Of a stretch of 64,000 nt of DNA, positions 29,626 through 39,874 are shown piece by piece; the first letter of the stretch is position 1, and each line of letters opens with the position of its first letter. Under the pieces are notes generated by a model. That model ran no database searches and was not told the DNA's origin. It saw only the letters and a program-made list of their open reading frames with translations. The stretch lies in NCBI GenBank assembly GCA_964532495.1, contig CAZHJZ010000002.1:79501-143500 (forward strand), given 5' to 3'. The stretch is from an uncultured Candidatus Saccharibacteria bacterium (GTDB lineage: Bacteria > Patescibacteriota > Minisyncoccia > Phycocordibacterales > UBA9973). The position numbers and the translations under genes are program-made.

Positions 29626-30045
29626 ATGCAGTATTCATACCTTACCATCGACGGCCATATTGTATGGTCGAGCGAAAATCCAAAAGTAATTGACCAGACA
29701 AAGCTGCCAATTACCAAAGAATCAGCTGAGCAGCCAGTACCATATATTTGCTACCGCACTCCCGACGACCACTACTATTTTATGGCTAACAACAGAGCAG
29801 ACTCCATCTACCCGTTAGATGTGCGCGATGCAGTTCATAGCCAGGGATACTTGTTATTTCTACTTTTTACCGACCGTTTATGGATATACATTTCCGTGAA
29901 TAGTCCAGATAAGTTAGTGGAATATTCCAGGATGACCACCGATCTCAGCAAAATAGCAGAATTAGGCGGAGCAAGAATATTTGACCCAACAAAGCACAAA
30001 CCTTATTTATTACGCCCCGAAGATACCACGCCGGTATACATGTAA
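29626..30045 (+). CDS. hypothetical protein
   Basis: 139-aa ORF followed by a terminator hairpin at 30066-30100. Confidence 0.4.
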   Translation: MQYSYLTIDGHIVWSSENPKVIDQTKLPITKESAEQPVPYICYRTPDDHYYFMANNRADSIYPLDVRDAVHSQGYLLFLLFTDRLWIYISVNSPDKLVEYSRMTTDLSKIAELGGARIFDPTKHKPYLLRPEDTTPVYM

Positions 30046-30065
30046 CTATCTACTGTTAATATATT

Positions 30066-30100
30066 GCAAAAACGTACCTGTTTACAGGTGCGTTTTTTTC
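30066..30100 (+). terminator. rho-independent terminator (ACGTACCTG/CAGGTGCGT + T7)
   Basis: Stem-loop with a single mismatch followed by ttttttt. Confidence 0.6.
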
Positions 30101-30235
30101 TACCTATTTCACAAAACTTTCTTTAAGTTGGTTTCGCATGAGATTTCAGATTATTCTTGCCTTATTGACATTACTATTTATCTGTAATATAAATAACCTA
30201 ATTGACGCATTTTACGTAACTTAAAATCATAAAGG

Positions 30236-30496
30236 ATGAAAGCAGAAAAATATCTTACGCTAAGAAAGAGTATTAGAATACTTTTAATTGCAGCAATAGT
30301 GATTGGTATTGATTTACTATGCGTACGAAGCATAGGATACAGCCCCAAAACATTAACTGGACCCGGAAATGAGCCCTTTGTAATTACAGAAAATACAATA
30401 CTGTGTTTAAGTACTGTATTTATACTGCCATTACTTATTTTTTGGCTCTGGCTAGACCATTGGAACTGGAAACAGGAACAAAAACAAACTCAATAA
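30236..30496 (+). CDS. hypothetical small membrane protein
   Basis: 86 aa with two hydrophobic helices. Confidence 0.35.
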   Translation: MKAEKYLTLRKSIRILLIAAIVIGIDLLCVRSIGYSPKTLTGPGNEPFVITENTILCLSTVFILPLLIFWLWLDHWNWKQEQKQTQ

Positions 30497-30549
30497 AGCT
30501 ACTTACCTTCTACATCGTATCGATCCGAGCAATGCTCAGGATCTTTTTT

Positions 30550-33156
30550 TTATTTACGAAGCACTTTTTTGAGATACTTTCCAGTATGGCTTTTCGGATT
30601 GTTGGCTACTTCTTCTGGGGTTCCAACGGCAACGATTTTTCCTCCGCCAACGCCGCCTTCTGGGCCGATGTCGATAAGATAGTCAGAACATTTAATGATA
30701 TCCATATTGTGTTCAATGAGGATGACAGTATTCCCTTTTGTGACCAAGAGCTGGAGCACCTCGAGAAGTTTCACGACATCATCATAGTGAAGTCCGACGG
30801 TTGGTTCATCGAGAAGATAAATAGTTTTTTCAACATGAGGTCGATAGAGTTCCGAACTGATCTTCACGCGCTGCGCTTCTCCACCGGAGAGTGTTGTTGC
30901 GCTCTGTCCAAGTTTTACATACGAAAGCCCTACTTCACCAAGCGTTTTAATACGATCGTGAATAGCGGGAACATCTTCAAAGAATGTCAGTCCTTCTTCC
31001 ACGGTCATTTCCAAAATATCGTAAATATTCTTTTTCTTATACTTGATTGCGAGGGTTTCCTTGTCAAAGCGCTTGCCTCCGCAGATATCACACGTCACAT
31101 ACACAGTCGGAAGGAAGTGCATTTCAACGGCAATTTCTCCATTACCTTCACAAGCTTCACAGCGTCCACCTTTCACATTGAAAGAGAAACGGTTCGACTT
31201 CCATCCGCGCAATCGAGCTTCTTCTGTTGCGGCAAACATATCGCGAATATGCGTCCATGCCCCAGTATAGGTAGCAATGTTTGATCGTGGTGTTCGGCCG
31301 ATCGGAGATTGATCGATCAAGATAGCGCGAGAAACATACTCCGCTCCTGTAAACGAAGCGACATTGTAACGGTTGTTTGAACGGTAGCGTCGATCGAGTC
31401 TCGCAGCCAAGTTCTTGTGCAAGATCTCATACATGAATGAGCTTTTACCCGAACCAGATACTCCAGTAATGGTAATCATGCGTCCAAGCGGAACTTCAAC
31501 ATTCATGTCTTTGATATTGAATACATTTCCATTCACTACTTTGAGTGAACCTTTGTCATTGCTTCGGCGCACATCTGGCACGGGGATCTTAATTTCTTCA
31601 CGAAGATATCCAAGCGTTCGTGAGCCGCTGTCATTTTTCTTTGCAGCAAGCAGATCATCCAAGAAACCTGAAACAATGACATTTCCGCCATGCACTCCGG
31701 CCTTTGGTCCAATATCGACGATATAGTCTGAAGCGTAAATAGTGTCTTCATCGTGTTCAACAACGAGGATTGTATTACCGAGATCGCGGAGGTTCAAGAG
31801 TGTTTCAATCAAGCGCTCATTGTCGCGCTGGTGCAAACCGATGGTTGGCTCATCAAGCACATACAAAGCGCCCACCAAACGCGAGCCGAGCTGTGAAGCA
31901 AGGCGGATACGCTGCGCTTCTCCTCCGGAGAGTGTGTTAGCACGGCGATCAAGCGTAAGGTAATCAAGTCCGACATCAAGCATGAACTGCAGTCGTGCCT
32001 CGATTTCTCGAACGACAGGAACTGAAATTTCTTTATCTTTCGGTGAAAGTTTCAAACCTTGCGTAAATGTCTGTGCGTCAAAGATAGACTGAGAAGCAAA
32101 TTTCACAATGTTGATTCGAGTCTTTGGATTGTCGCCGATGAATACGTTCAAGGCTTCTTTGCGCAATCGAGCGCCTCCGCAATCATCACATGGCTCGTCG
32201 CCAAAGAAATGCTTGGTTCCAAGACCGTTACAAGTAGGACATGCGCCATACGGTGAGTTGAAAGAGAACAATCGCGGTTCGATTTCTGGGAATGAGAATC
32301 CGTCGTTCGGACATGCGAACTTTGCAGAAAGCAGGAATTCTTCCTGGCCGTCAAACTGAACGATCACGAGCCCATCAGCTTCGAGCAATGCGCGCTCGAC
32401 TGCTTCTGAAAGTCGCAATCGGCTAGCATCTTTGTCTGACTTAAATTCATGCACGCCAAATTCGTCCACAAGCACTTCGATGTTGTGGTTCTTTGTCTTT
32501 GAGAGGACGATCTGCTCGCGAAGATTCTTCATCGCTCCATCAAGTCGAATATGCGAGAATCCCTTGCCGAGCAAATCATAAAGCATCTGATAGTGTTCCC
32601 CTTTTCGTCCGCGGACAAGAGGAGCATAAATATGCACTTTGGCATCATTCCATTCCACACCCATAACTGACTTTTTCTTCGAGCCTTCTTTCATGTAGCT
32701 TTGCATTTTCTCAATGACAAAGTTCACGATTTCTTCATTAGAAAGCTTTTTGATCTCAGTTCCGCATTCAGGACAGATAGGCTTTCCTACGCGCGCGTAA
32801 AACACACGAAGGTAGTCGTAGATTTCCGTTATTGTCGCAACAGTTGAACGAGGATTGTTTGAGCGAGACTTCTGGTCAATTGAAATTGCCGGAGACAAGC
32901 CAGTGATCTCGTCAACATCGGGTTTTGGCATTTGGTTAAGGAATTGTCGCGCGTAGGCTGAAAGCGATTCAACGTAGCGTCGCTGGCCTTCAGCAAAGAT
33001 CGTATCGAATGCGAGCGATGACTTTCCCGATCCAGACATACCAGTAATAACCACCATCTTGTTTCGTGGCATTTCTACATCGATATTTTTGAGGTTATGG
33101 GTTCGAGCGCCTTTGACGATGATCGAATCCTGCTGTTTTTGATCTTTATGTGCCAT
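30550..33156 (-). CDS. uvrA: excinuclease ABC subunit A (start at MAHKDQ; the ORF is open to 33375)
   Basis: Two ABC ATPase modules ([15 protein letters not shown]; GVSGSGKSS), zinc-finger CxxC pairs and ABC signature LSGGEAQR. Confidence 0.92.
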   Translation of the reverse strand: MAHKDQKQQDSIIVKGARTHNLKNIDVEMPRNKMVVITGMSGSGKSSLAFDTIFAEGQRRYVESLSAYARQFLNQMPKPDVDEITGLSPAISIDQKSRSNNPRSTVATITEIYDYLRVFYARVGKPICPECGTEIKKLSNEEIVNFVIEKMQSYMKEGSKKKSVMGVEWNDAKVHIYAPLVRGRKGEHYQMLYDLLGKGFSHIRLDGAMKNLREQIVLSKTKNHNIEVLVDEFGVHEFKSDKDASRLRLSEAVERALLEADGLVIVQFDGQEEFLLSAKFACPNDGFSFPEIEPRLFSFNSPYGACPTCNGLGTKHFFGDEPCDDCGGARLRKEALNVFIGDNPKTRINIVKFASQSIFDAQTFTQGLKLSPKDKEISVPVVREIEARLQFMLDVGLDYLTLDRRANTLSGGEAQRIRLASQLGSRLVGALYVLDEPTIGLHQRDNERLIETLLNLRDLGNTILVVEHDEDTIYASDYIVDIGPKAGVHGGNVIVSGFLDDLLAAKKNDSGSRTLGYLREEIKIPVPDVRRSNDKGSLKVVNGNVFNIKDMNVEVPLGRMITITGVSGSGKSSFMYEILHKNLAARLDRRYRSNNRYNVASFTGAEYVSRAILIDQSPIGRTPRSNIATYTGAWTHIRDMFAATEEARLRGWKSNRFSFNVKGGRCEACEGNGEIAVEMHFLPTVYVTCDICGGKRFDKETLAIKYKKKNIYDILEMTVEEGLTFFEDVPAIHDRIKTLGEVGLSYVKLGQSATTLSGGEAQRVKISSELYRPHVEKTIYLLDEPTVGLHYDDVVKLLEVLQLLVTKGNTVILIEHNMDIIKCSDYLIDIGPEGGVGGGKIVAVGTPEEVANNPKSHTGKYLKKVLRK

Positions 33157-33258
33157 AGGAATAGTATAAATTAGGAGTACATAGACGAGAACTTCACCCG
33201 CCAAGCTCGCTTGGGGGTGTCTATCTCTACTCATATATAATACCACAGCCGTCAAATG

Positions 33259-33287
33259 TTGACAAAAGCTTTGCAGAAGCGCAAAAT
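33259..33287 (+). promoter_or_regulatory. candidate promoter TTGACA-N17-CAAAAT for the 33306 ORF (divergent from uvrA)
   Basis: Hexamers read directly from the sequence. Confidence 0.3.
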
Positions 33288-33305
33288 CAGAGAAAACAAC
33301 AACAT

Positions 33306-33764
33306 ATGAGCGAGATATTTGTAAACCCAGTGCAGATACACACCCTGCCAAAAATTGAGCAATTGCTTGAAGCAAATTTGCCCGAACTTAGAAACAATAT
33401 TTTAGAATTCTTTAAAAAAGAGATTACACAGTACAGCATACTAGGAGCCCCACTGGAACTTCTAGTTGAATCGGAACAAGAAAGCTTTGAAATCAGACCA
33501 GCACCAATGCACAGCCCTGAGATGAAAGTTACTGCCGAATCAAAAAAAGTTGAACTTATCGAAAATAAATTATTTTTCACCACTGACAAGCAAATATATC
33601 TTGAAGACGGTGACAGCATTTATTTCATTAGTTCCCAACTTATGATTGAAAAGAAGAAGAACAATGACATGAAAGTCGTTTACGTATACGAGCACCAACT
33701 CACCGAAATGGAAGCTCGCAATACTGCAAACGGCGAAAGCTATGTTAACGAACACAATCACTAG
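33306..33764 (+). CDS. hypothetical protein
   Basis: 152-aa ORF followed by a terminator hairpin at 33779-33812. Confidence 0.45.
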   Translation: MSEIFVNPVQIHTLPKIEQLLEANLPELRNNILEFFKKEITQYSILGAPLELLVESEQESFEIRPAPMHSPEMKVTAESKKVELIENKLFFTTDKQIYLEDGDSIYFISSQLMIEKKKNNDMKVVYVYEHQLTEMEARNTANGESYVNEHNH

Positions 33765-33778
33765 TCCTATACCTCCCC

Positions 33779-33812
33779 GCCCCATGACCAAAAGTCATCG
33801 GGGCATTTTTTA
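33779..33812 (+). terminator. intrinsic terminator (GCCCCATGAC/GTCATCGGGGC with one bulge, T-run)
   Basis: Stem-loop and T6 run read directly from the sequence. Confidence 0.55.
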
Positions 33813-33893
33813 TTGAAAAAAAACCTTTTTTCTGGTATCGTACACCCGTGCCATCAAAGGCCTGCCCTGCGAAGCTCGCCTCGAGCGAAGAAG

Positions 33894-33965
33894 GGTCCCA
33901 TCGTCTAGTGGTTAGGACAGCGGGTTCTCAATCCGTTAACCGGAGTTCGACTCTCCGTGGGATCA
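33894..33965 (+). tRNA. tRNA-Glu (anticodon CTC)
   Basis: Identical to the 112-183 copy except the anticodon loop is TTCTCAA (C34) instead of TTTTCAA. Confidence 0.8.
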
Positions 33966-34076
33966 CAGAGACGGCTCCGAGCAAACTGCTTTGCTCGGAG
34001 CCGCGATTGTGATAGCCGCAGCCATGTCGCTCTGCGACAGGCGAGGCGGGGTCGCGAGTACTTAGTCCGCACAATC
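33894..34076 (+). repeat. Inverted repeat copy B (tRNA-Glu + 110-nt structured 3' trailer)
   Basis: ~99% identical to rc(1-183). Confidence 0.8.
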
Positions 34077-34113
34077 CGAGCGGAAGCGAAGAGATGAGCA
34101 GACTTAGTAACTC

Positions 34114-34731
34114 GTGACCACAAACATACTTATGAAAGATAAGCCGATCATTGCGATAGATATAGACGATGTAATTGCTGCTAATGCATCAGCTTTTGTA
34201 GCGTACAGCAACGAAAAGTACGGCACGAACTTAACAATTGACGACTATCAAGAACACTGGGCAGAAATTTGGAAAATTGAGCATTCAGAAGTCTTACACA
34301 GAGCTACTGAATACCACGCTTCAGGATACATTGCCACATATTCTGTTATTGATGGTGCATATGCCGCTCTCAAGCAGCTAGCTGAGCGATTCACCATCAT
34401 TGCAGTCACCTCACGCCGCAATTCAATAAATCAATTGACACATGAATGGATAGAGAAACATTATCCCGCGATTTTTCAGGATATTATTTTTTGCGGATTT
34501 TTTGATAGCGAACAACCCAACATTCACCTAACAAAAGGTGATGTGGTTAAAAATATTCAGGCATCATATTTTATTGATGACCAGCTCAAACACGTTTCTG
34601 CTGTAGCAGAAAATGGTATCCACTCACTATTATTTGGAGACTACTTTTGGAATAAAAGTGATGCATTGCCTTCTAATATCATTAGAGTCCAAAACTGGGA
34701 GGAAGTGATCGAGTATTTTCAAAACCTCTAG
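34114..34731 (+). CDS. HAD-superfamily hydrolase, 5'(3')-deoxyribonucleotidase-like
   Basis: Motif I IAIDIDDVIA (DxDxV) at the N-terminus; ~205 aa. Confidence 0.6.
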   Translation: MTTNILMKDKPIIAIDIDDVIAANASAFVAYSNEKYGTNLTIDDYQEHWAEIWKIEHSEVLHRATEYHASGYIATYSVIDGAYAALKQLAERFTIIAVTSRRNSINQLTHEWIEKHYPAIFQDIIFCGFFDSEQPNIHLTKGDVVKNIQASYFIDDQLKHVSAVAENGIHSLLFGDYFWNKSDALPSNIIRVQNWEEVIEYFQNL

Positions 34732-34790
34732 CTATGAGGTATTGAACATAAACCAGTACTTGTTTCTCTATACTTTGATATACTTCGTTC

Positions 34791-35441
34791 ATGATACCCA
34801 CAACCACCCCCTCTTCAAATTCCCCTCTTCCAGATATTCCTACAACAACTAAAAAACGAGGAAGATTCATAGTCCTCCTAATCATGTGTTTCGGCATTAT
34901 TGTTATTTTATTTTTTGTATTTAAAACGAAACTGTCTTACATAATAAATCCAGCCAATTCATCAGTCAGCCTTAGTTCTGGTGAGAGCTGCTTACAAGGA
35001 AGTTTTTACAATTTGCACGATCCGGCAAATTCCATAGTAACAGAGGCAGAAAATCAATTTATTTCGAAAACCAACATATCAAAGCAATATTTCGACACGC
35101 ATTTCGCATTTGAATGCGGCGCGAGTGCGCAAAATGGAGAGCATGTTATATACCGTTATAAAGTTGGTGATTATGCAACCGAAATACATCTGACTCGATT
35201 TAAAGGCCGCTCTGATTTTTCTTTTGATTATGGAGGATTTCATGAAATCAATTCCCTTCCGCCAAAACAAGAAGCCTTGATCACATTGCAAAAATGCCTT
35301 AAAGCCAAACCTGAAAATCTAGAAGTTTCCTTGTTCCAAAATATTCTTACTCTCACTGGTTCCACTTCGGACTATACAGCAAGCCTAAACCTTGAAAACG
35401 GCAGCTGCGAACGAGTACATATTGATCCTTATCGTTTCTAA
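34791..35441 (+). CDS. hypothetical membrane-anchored exported protein
   Basis: Pro/Thr-rich N-terminus, single TM (FIVLLIMCFGIIVILFFVF), then an extracytoplasmic domain. Confidence 0.45.
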   Translation: MIPTTTPSSNSPLPDIPTTTKKRGRFIVLLIMCFGIIVILFFVFKTKLSYIINPANSSVSLSSGESCLQGSFYNLHDPANSIVTEAENQFISKTNISKQYFDTHFAFECGASAQNGEHVIYRYKVGDYATEIHLTRFKGRSDFSFDYGGFHEINSLPPKQEALITLQKCLKAKPENLEVSLFQNILTLTGSTSDYTASLNLENGSCERVHIDPYRF

Positions 35442-35477
35442 CCTTTCAAATACGGTATTTTTTGTTATGCTGAACAT

Positions 35478-35954
35478 ATGACCGACCAGGACATATTCCA
35501 GCACCTATTCACAGTCGCTGCCACCTCGAAAGACCCTCGAGGAGTGGTTTCTGCATGCCTGGTAGAAAATGGAACTATTCTTGCTTCGGCAGCAAGCTCA
35601 GACGATGGGGTCTATCATGCAGAAGACATTCTCTTTGCAGAAGCAGCGAAAAACGGACTTTCACTTTCAAAGCAAACAATCCTCTATGCAACTCTTGAAC
35701 CATGCGGCAAACGATCCCGTTCGGGCATGATAGATTGCGTGACTCATATCATTGACGCTGGAATTGGCGAAGTAGTCTTTGGCGCTCGAGATCCAGAACA
35801 GAGCGCTTTTTCCAAAACAAGACTTCCCGCTGCCGGAATAGCAATTCGGCAAGTGGCCGACAGCACTATCATTCAAGAATGCGCTCGGATATTCAACACT
35901 TCAGTCACCATGGAAAACGCTCGCCTTGATGTAACATTCAAACCTGTCGACTAG
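35478..35954 (+). CDS. cytidine/deoxycytidylate deaminase family protein (RibD-deaminase-like)
   Basis: Zinc-binding motifs VYHAED (HAE) and TLEPCGKRSRSGMIDC (PCx(n)C). Confidence 0.6.
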   Translation: MTDQDIFQHLFTVAATSKDPRGVVSACLVENGTILASAASSDDGVYHAEDILFAEAAKNGLSLSKQTILYATLEPCGKRSRSGMIDCVTHIIDAGIGEVVFGARDPEQSAFSKTRLPAAGIAIRQVADSTIIQECARIFNTSVTMENARLDVTFKPVD

Positions 35955-36042
35955 TCACAGAGATATTTCATCTTATAAACAAAAAAAATAAGCTGGCATA
36001 CTTAGGTATGTCAGCTTATTTGCTTATTTCTTTCACGTTACT

Positions 36043-36687
36043 CTAACAAAGTTCTATCGGTCGAACGATTATTTTGTTCATATTGTCTTTGCTCCGGCTT
36101 TTATTAAGCGCAATACTAGTCGTGGAGTTTGGATCCCATCCTGGCGAGAAAATCGCAGCGTACCATGTCGGCAGCGGATTGCAATTTTCGTCAAAAATAA
36201 CTACGGTCTTATTAATTGATTCATCCTCTTCTGTTTTTAACTGAAATTTAACAATAAAAACTTTCAGAGGTTTCTGGCCAATTAATTTTTTATCTGTTTT
36301 GCAATATGTACCTCTATCAAATCTCTGTCCGCGGTGCTTAGTCTTTTCTGCCATAATAAGCTGAGAAACTTCTTCCGAGATGCTTTCGATTGATCTTTTC
36401 ATACCACCTGCATGGTCTGGTACCGGCCAGCCTTCTGCGTTTGGATACACAACTTCTTTAGTTACTACCACTGTTTCTATTCCTGCTGCAATCAGATCTT
36501 TTCCTAATTGTTTTTTAAACTGAAAACGTAGGTATATTTCTACAGTGTTCTTAGCTAAGTCCCGTACATTCTCTTTCAGAAATCTCGTTGCAAGCAAAAT
36601 AGTTTCTTTGGTTGGCCGAGAGAATCGAGGTGTTTTTGGTGTTTGTTTTTTCGTTGCCATGGCGTGTATTTGAATTGGTTTTTTCAA
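36043..36687 (-). CDS. hypothetical protein (possible start at 36660, MATKKQ)
   Basis: 214-aa ORF, no recognisable domain. Confidence 0.4.
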   Translation of the reverse strand: MKKPIQIHAMATKKQTPKTPRFSRPTKETILLATRFLKENVRDLAKNTVEIYLRFQFKKQLGKDLIAAGIETVVVTKEVVYPNAEGWPVPDHAGGMKRSIESISEEVSQLIMAEKTKHRGQRFDRGTYCKTDKKLIGQKPLKVFIVKFQLKTEEDESINKTVVIFDENCNPLPTWYAAIFSPGWDPNSTTSIALNKSRSKDNMNKIIVRPIELC

Positions 36688-36835
36688 CTTCCTGAAGAAA
36701 CTGAAAAAACCAATTCAATCGCGCGAAACATTGTTAAAGAAATTGTACGTCAGTATTATATCATATTTACACTTAAATGTCAAAAAGCCTTATACTAAGG
36801 CTTTTTGCAAGTTTCTATTTCTAGCAATATGATTC

Positions 36836-38143
36836 TTATCGTTTATCCCACTCACTCTCTTGTCGGACCAACAGCTCTGATGCTTTGCTTGGATCAGCCA
36901 ACAATGCTTTGGTAACGCGCTCGAGTCGTACGCTCTGTGATCCTTTAATGAGCACAATGTCTCCCCCATGAACCGTTGTCTTTAGAAATTCTCCTGCCTG
37001 TTCTGCGGTATCAAAATGTTTTATGCGAGTGAGACTGAATGCCGCTTCTTTTGCGCCTTCATCAATATACTTTGATCTCTGGCCAACGGTAACGAGAAAG
37101 TCGCAGGATTCGGGAATCTGTTTTCCGACAAGTTCGTGTGCCTCCTGCGTATATTTGCCGAGTTCCATCATGTCGCCCAGGACGGCGATCTTGCGGCCAC
37201 CTGAGACTTGAATTTCTTTCAAGAGTTCGAGCGCCGATCGCGAAGCGATCGGCGACGAGTTGTATGTATCGTCTATCAAAATACTTCCATTCAATCCTGC
37301 GAGAAGCGCAAGTCGTCCCGGTGGCGTATGGTATTCTCGCAACGCAGTAACTGCTTTCTCCATTTCAAAACCAAGACCATACACAACTGCGCATGCAGCC
37401 AGAGCAGCAGTCACATGGCTTTCTCCGATGATATATGGCATGGATACGATATATTCGTACTCTGGTACTACCAAAGTCCATTCACGGCCTTTCGGAATCT
37501 TGTGCCCAAAACCGTCATCTATGTAACTGAACTTCAAATGCTTTCCACGGATAGGCAGCATGTCATTAAATCCATACAATGCTGTGACTGCGCCATGTTT
37601 TCCGAACAATACCGAAACAACTGGATCATCGCCATTTAAAACAAGCAGACCGTCTGCCTTGAGCGCCTGCGCCAAGCTGGTTTTTTCTTCGATGACATGC
37701 TCTTTTGATTCAAAAAATTCTATATGCACTGGTACATCTGGGAAACGAGTAAGTACCACGACATCTGGCTTGAGCCATTTTGCAATGCTTTTAATATCTC
37801 CTGGTTTGTCAGCACCGATTTCTAGCACCAACCATTCTGGATATTTGTGCGGGAAAACAATAAGCCCAAGTCCGCCGATCAGCGTCTTTGCCCAGATAAA
37901 AGGATTGGTCCAGCCGTTCGGCATGCCAAGAATAGAGAGCGGTACTCCCATTTCACTGTTATAGCTTTTTTCACTGCGGCGCACATGCACATATGGAGCA
38001 AGCGCTATGTAGATAGCGTCTTTGGTAGAAGTCTTTCCTACGCTTCCTGTTACGGCAACGATTTTAGGCTTGTAACGCTTGAGAACCATGCGGGCTTCCC
38101 ATGTGAGAATATTGACTATTATGTTCTTGAATGTTGATTTCAT
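36836..38143 (-). CDS. murF: UDP-N-acetylmuramoyl-tripeptide--D-alanyl-D-alanine ligase
   Basis: Mur ligase P-loop VAVTGSVGKTSTKD, NSEMGVPLSIL block and C-terminal Mur ligase domain; sits in the dcw-cluster position. Confidence 0.85.
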   Translation of the reverse strand: MKSTFKNIIVNILTWEARMVLKRYKPKIVAVTGSVGKTSTKDAIYIALAPYVHVRRSEKSYNSEMGVPLSILGMPNGWTNPFIWAKTLIGGLGLIVFPHKYPEWLVLEIGADKPGDIKSIAKWLKPDVVVLTRFPDVPVHIEFFESKEHVIEEKTSLAQALKADGLLVLNGDDPVVSVLFGKHGAVTALYGFNDMLPIRGKHLKFSYIDDGFGHKIPKGREWTLVVPEYEYIVSMPYIIGESHVTAALAACAVVYGLGFEMEKAVTALREYHTPPGRLALLAGLNGSILIDDTYNSSPIASRSALELLKEIQVSGGRKIAVLGDMMELGKYTQEAHELVGKQIPESCDFLVTVGQRSKYIDEGAKEAAFSLTRIKHFDTAEQAGEFLKTTVHGGDIVLIKGSQSVRLERVTKALLADPSKASELLVRQESEWDKR

Positions 38144-38146
38144 AAG

Positions 38147-39874
38147 TTATCTGTCTGGAGCTACATCATAATACGTAAGAAGGAATTTTGCGAGGTCCAT
38201 AAATGGCACTGCCATGGTCTGTGATGAGTAACTTACATTCTTTGGATTGATGCCGTAGAGGACCACAAGGAAGCGAGGATTGTATGCTGGATAATATCCG
38301 AACATAGAGTGGAGGTATTGATCAGCGTAATACCCTCTTCCATCTTCTCGAGCCATTTGAGCAGTACCTGTTTTTGCTGCAACTGCATAATGTTCAAGCT
38401 TGAGCGTACCGCCAAGGAGGTTGGTGTCCACAGTCTGCACAAGCATGCGAGTAATAGTAGCCGATGTTTCAGGTTTCAAGACTTGCACTGGCTCTGGCCG
38501 CTTGATCTCTTGCGTAAATCCATCAGGGAAACGAATTGCTTTCACTACGCGAGGAGATACTGTCTTGCCGTCATTTGCGAGCGCCGAGAAAGCGCGAGCT
38601 GCAGAAACAGGCGTAAGAGCGATACCTTGTCCGAATGATGCAGTAGCATATTCAACCTCACGAGTGCTCTTCAAGTTATTCATGATGTTGCTCACTTCTC
38701 CCGGCATATCGACACCAGTTTTTTCAGTGAGACCAAACTTTACGAAATAGTCGCGGAACTTTTCCTTGCCCAATCGCTGCATGACGAATGTCGCACCCAT
38801 GTTGAGCGACTTATCAAAAATAGTCTGCATGGTCGTAATGCCTCGCGCTGTTTTATCAAAGTTACAGATATGTTCCGTATTTAAATTCATACAGCCAGTA
38901 TCGTTGTATGTTGTCTGTTCATTGATGACACCTGCATCCATTCCCGCAGCAAGTGTTAAAGCTTTGACGATAGAGCCGAGCTCATACACATCTTCAACGT
39001 TAGGATTCTGGAATGAACTGATGTTTTTCACAGAAGAATACGCACCCGGATCAAAGTCAGGGAAACCTGCCATTGCGATAATATCACCAGTCTTTGGATC
39101 AATGATAATACCGCCGGCTTTGTCGTTATGCCATTTTGCAATAACGTCAGTCAGCGTTTGCTCAAGAGCATGCTGAGCCTCAGGATCGATTGTTGAAATA
39201 ATATCTCCTTCGGAATGCGGATCGCGGAATAACGTCTTGTGCAGGTTGGTAAAAAGTTCCGCAAAGAAGTTCACATACAAATCACTTTTGTTGCGAGACA
39301 ACACATCATTGTATTCACGTTCAAGGCCATAGCGGCCAATCAGTTCGTCGCCTTTGAATCCAACGAATCCGAGCGTCTGTGATGCCATGCGTCCTCCTGG
39401 ATAGAAACGTTCTTTGCCGTCTTCAAGACGAACGCCTTTCAACTTGAGCGCGGTAATATCTTTCTTGTTTGCTTCAGAAAGATGGTCACCCAATACTTCA
39501 TACTGATCGTTCGCCCTTACGAAGCCAGCATCAAACACTTTTCGTTCTATAGGCACGACGGCATTCAAGGCTGTGTAAACAGATTCTTTTACTTCTGGCT
39601 TTATCTCCATCGGAGAAATAATGAGCTTGTATCGCGCATTCAACGTTGCCGCTGGTACTAGCGTACCGTTCGACTGGGTAAAATAAATGGTACCGCGGTC
39701 ATAGAGGCCATTCACTTGGCTTGTATATTCGCCAATTGCAGCGCTCGCATAATCCTTATGATGGACTATCTGAACAAGAAAAAGCTTGGCTACAATAAAG
39801 AGCGCAAGCCCAACGAGAACAACACTGACGATTGCTAATCGAGTTGAAAAATTAGAATTCATGTGGAGCAGCAA
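38147..39874 (-). CDS. ftsI: penicillin-binding protein (FtsI/PBP3-type transpeptidase)
   Basis: N-terminal TM, PBP dimerisation domain, SxxK (GSIVK), SxN-like region and KTGTAQ motif. Confidence 0.9.
   Translation of the reverse strand: MLLHMNSNFSTRLAIVSVVLVGLALFIVAKLFLVQIVHHKDYASAAIGEYTSQVNGLYDRGTIYFTQSNGTLVPAATLNARYKLIISPMEIKPEVKESVYTALNAVVPIERKVFDAGFVRANDQYEVLGDHLSEANKKDITALKLKGVRLEDGKERFYPGGRMASQTLGFVGFKGDELIGRYGLEREYNDVLSRNKSDLYVNFFAELFTNLHKTLFRDPHSEGDIISTIDPEAQHALEQTLTDVIAKWHNDKAGGIIIDPKTGDIIAMAGFPDFDPGAYSSVKNISSFQNPNVEDVYELGSIVKALTLAAGMDAGVINEQTTYNDTGCMNLNTEHICNFDKTARGITTMQTIFDKSLNMGATFVMQRLGKEKFRDYFVKFGLTEKTGVDMPGEVSNIMNNLKSTREVEYATASFGQGIALTPVSAARAFSALANDGKTVSPRVVKAIRFPDGFTQEIKRPEPVQVLKPETSATITRMLVQTVDTNLLGGTLKLEHYAVAAKTGTAQMAREDGRGYYADQYLHSMFGYYPAYNPRFLVVLYGINPKNVSYSSQTMAVPFMDLAKFLLTYYDVAPDR

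Noticed and set aside
33157-33375. N-terminal 73-aa extension of the uvrA ORF (also extensions on gdh 17769-17876, rsmH 41103-41126, DUF1801 50018-50311)
   Set aside because: Conserved protein N-termini begin at internal Met codons (MAHKDQ, MQHNPF, MAHIPVLL, MKMLQ). The extensions overlap neighbouring genes or terminator hairpins.
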